Shown piece by piece: positions 24,097 to 24,199 of a stretch of 24,199 bases of DNA (within the stretch, counting starts at the first letter, position 1; each line of letters starts with the position of its first letter). The position numbers and the translations under genes were made by a program. The DNA is taken from positions 1 to 24,199 of IMG/VR virus record IMGVR_UViG_3300011438_000041. One strand, 5' to 3'. This DNA is from a virus (taxonomy: Duplodnaviria; Caudoviricetes). Below the pieces are notes generated by a model. It was not told where the DNA came from, searched no databases, and saw nothing but the letters and a program-made list of their open reading frames with translations.

Positions 24097-24199
24097 GAAT
24101 CCAAGCCTCGCCCGATCGTCGTTCCTGCGCGCCCGCGTGCGGCGTGCGCGCATATGTGGGGGGGGAGGGGCGAAAAAAGTGTCGTAGGCGACTCCGGGG
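24097..24199. other. Right side of probable cos region
   Basis: Non-coding after HNH; G-run GGGGGGGGAGGGG then an A-run, like the tract preceding cos in HK97-like phages. Confidence 0.55.

Overview
This window looks like an essentially complete, compact (~24.2 kb), GC-rich temperate siphovirus genome of the HK97 type, opened at its cos region: an HNH nuclease gene lies at the right end and terS at the left end. The plus-strand late region runs terS, an inserted DPPY methyltransferase, terL, a small RHH protein, a protease-capsid fusion, portal, head-tail genes, major tail protein, a tail chaperone with a -1 frameshift site, a short tape measure protein and a 1152-aa tail hub/fibre protein. 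It ends in a lysis-position cluster (lipoprotein, fascin + GH-A-like hydrolase, 2-TM protein). The centre holds attP (3' part of tRNA-Arg(CCT) with IHF-like and arm-type repeats), a tyrosine integrase and a divergent switch region. The early region has an Xis-like HTH protein, a wHTH replication initiator with an internal origin, RusA, a J-domain protein and small hypotheticals. The most notable points are: a perfect parS-type palindrome inside attP although no parA/parB gene is present; DnaA boxes in the origin; no recognisable CI repressor (a Zn-ribbon protein occupies its position); no recognisable endolysin; an integrase lacking the first catalytic Arg; and a nested 'Russian-doll' domain stack in the tail protein. 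All calls come from reading motifs and synteny; no database searches were run.
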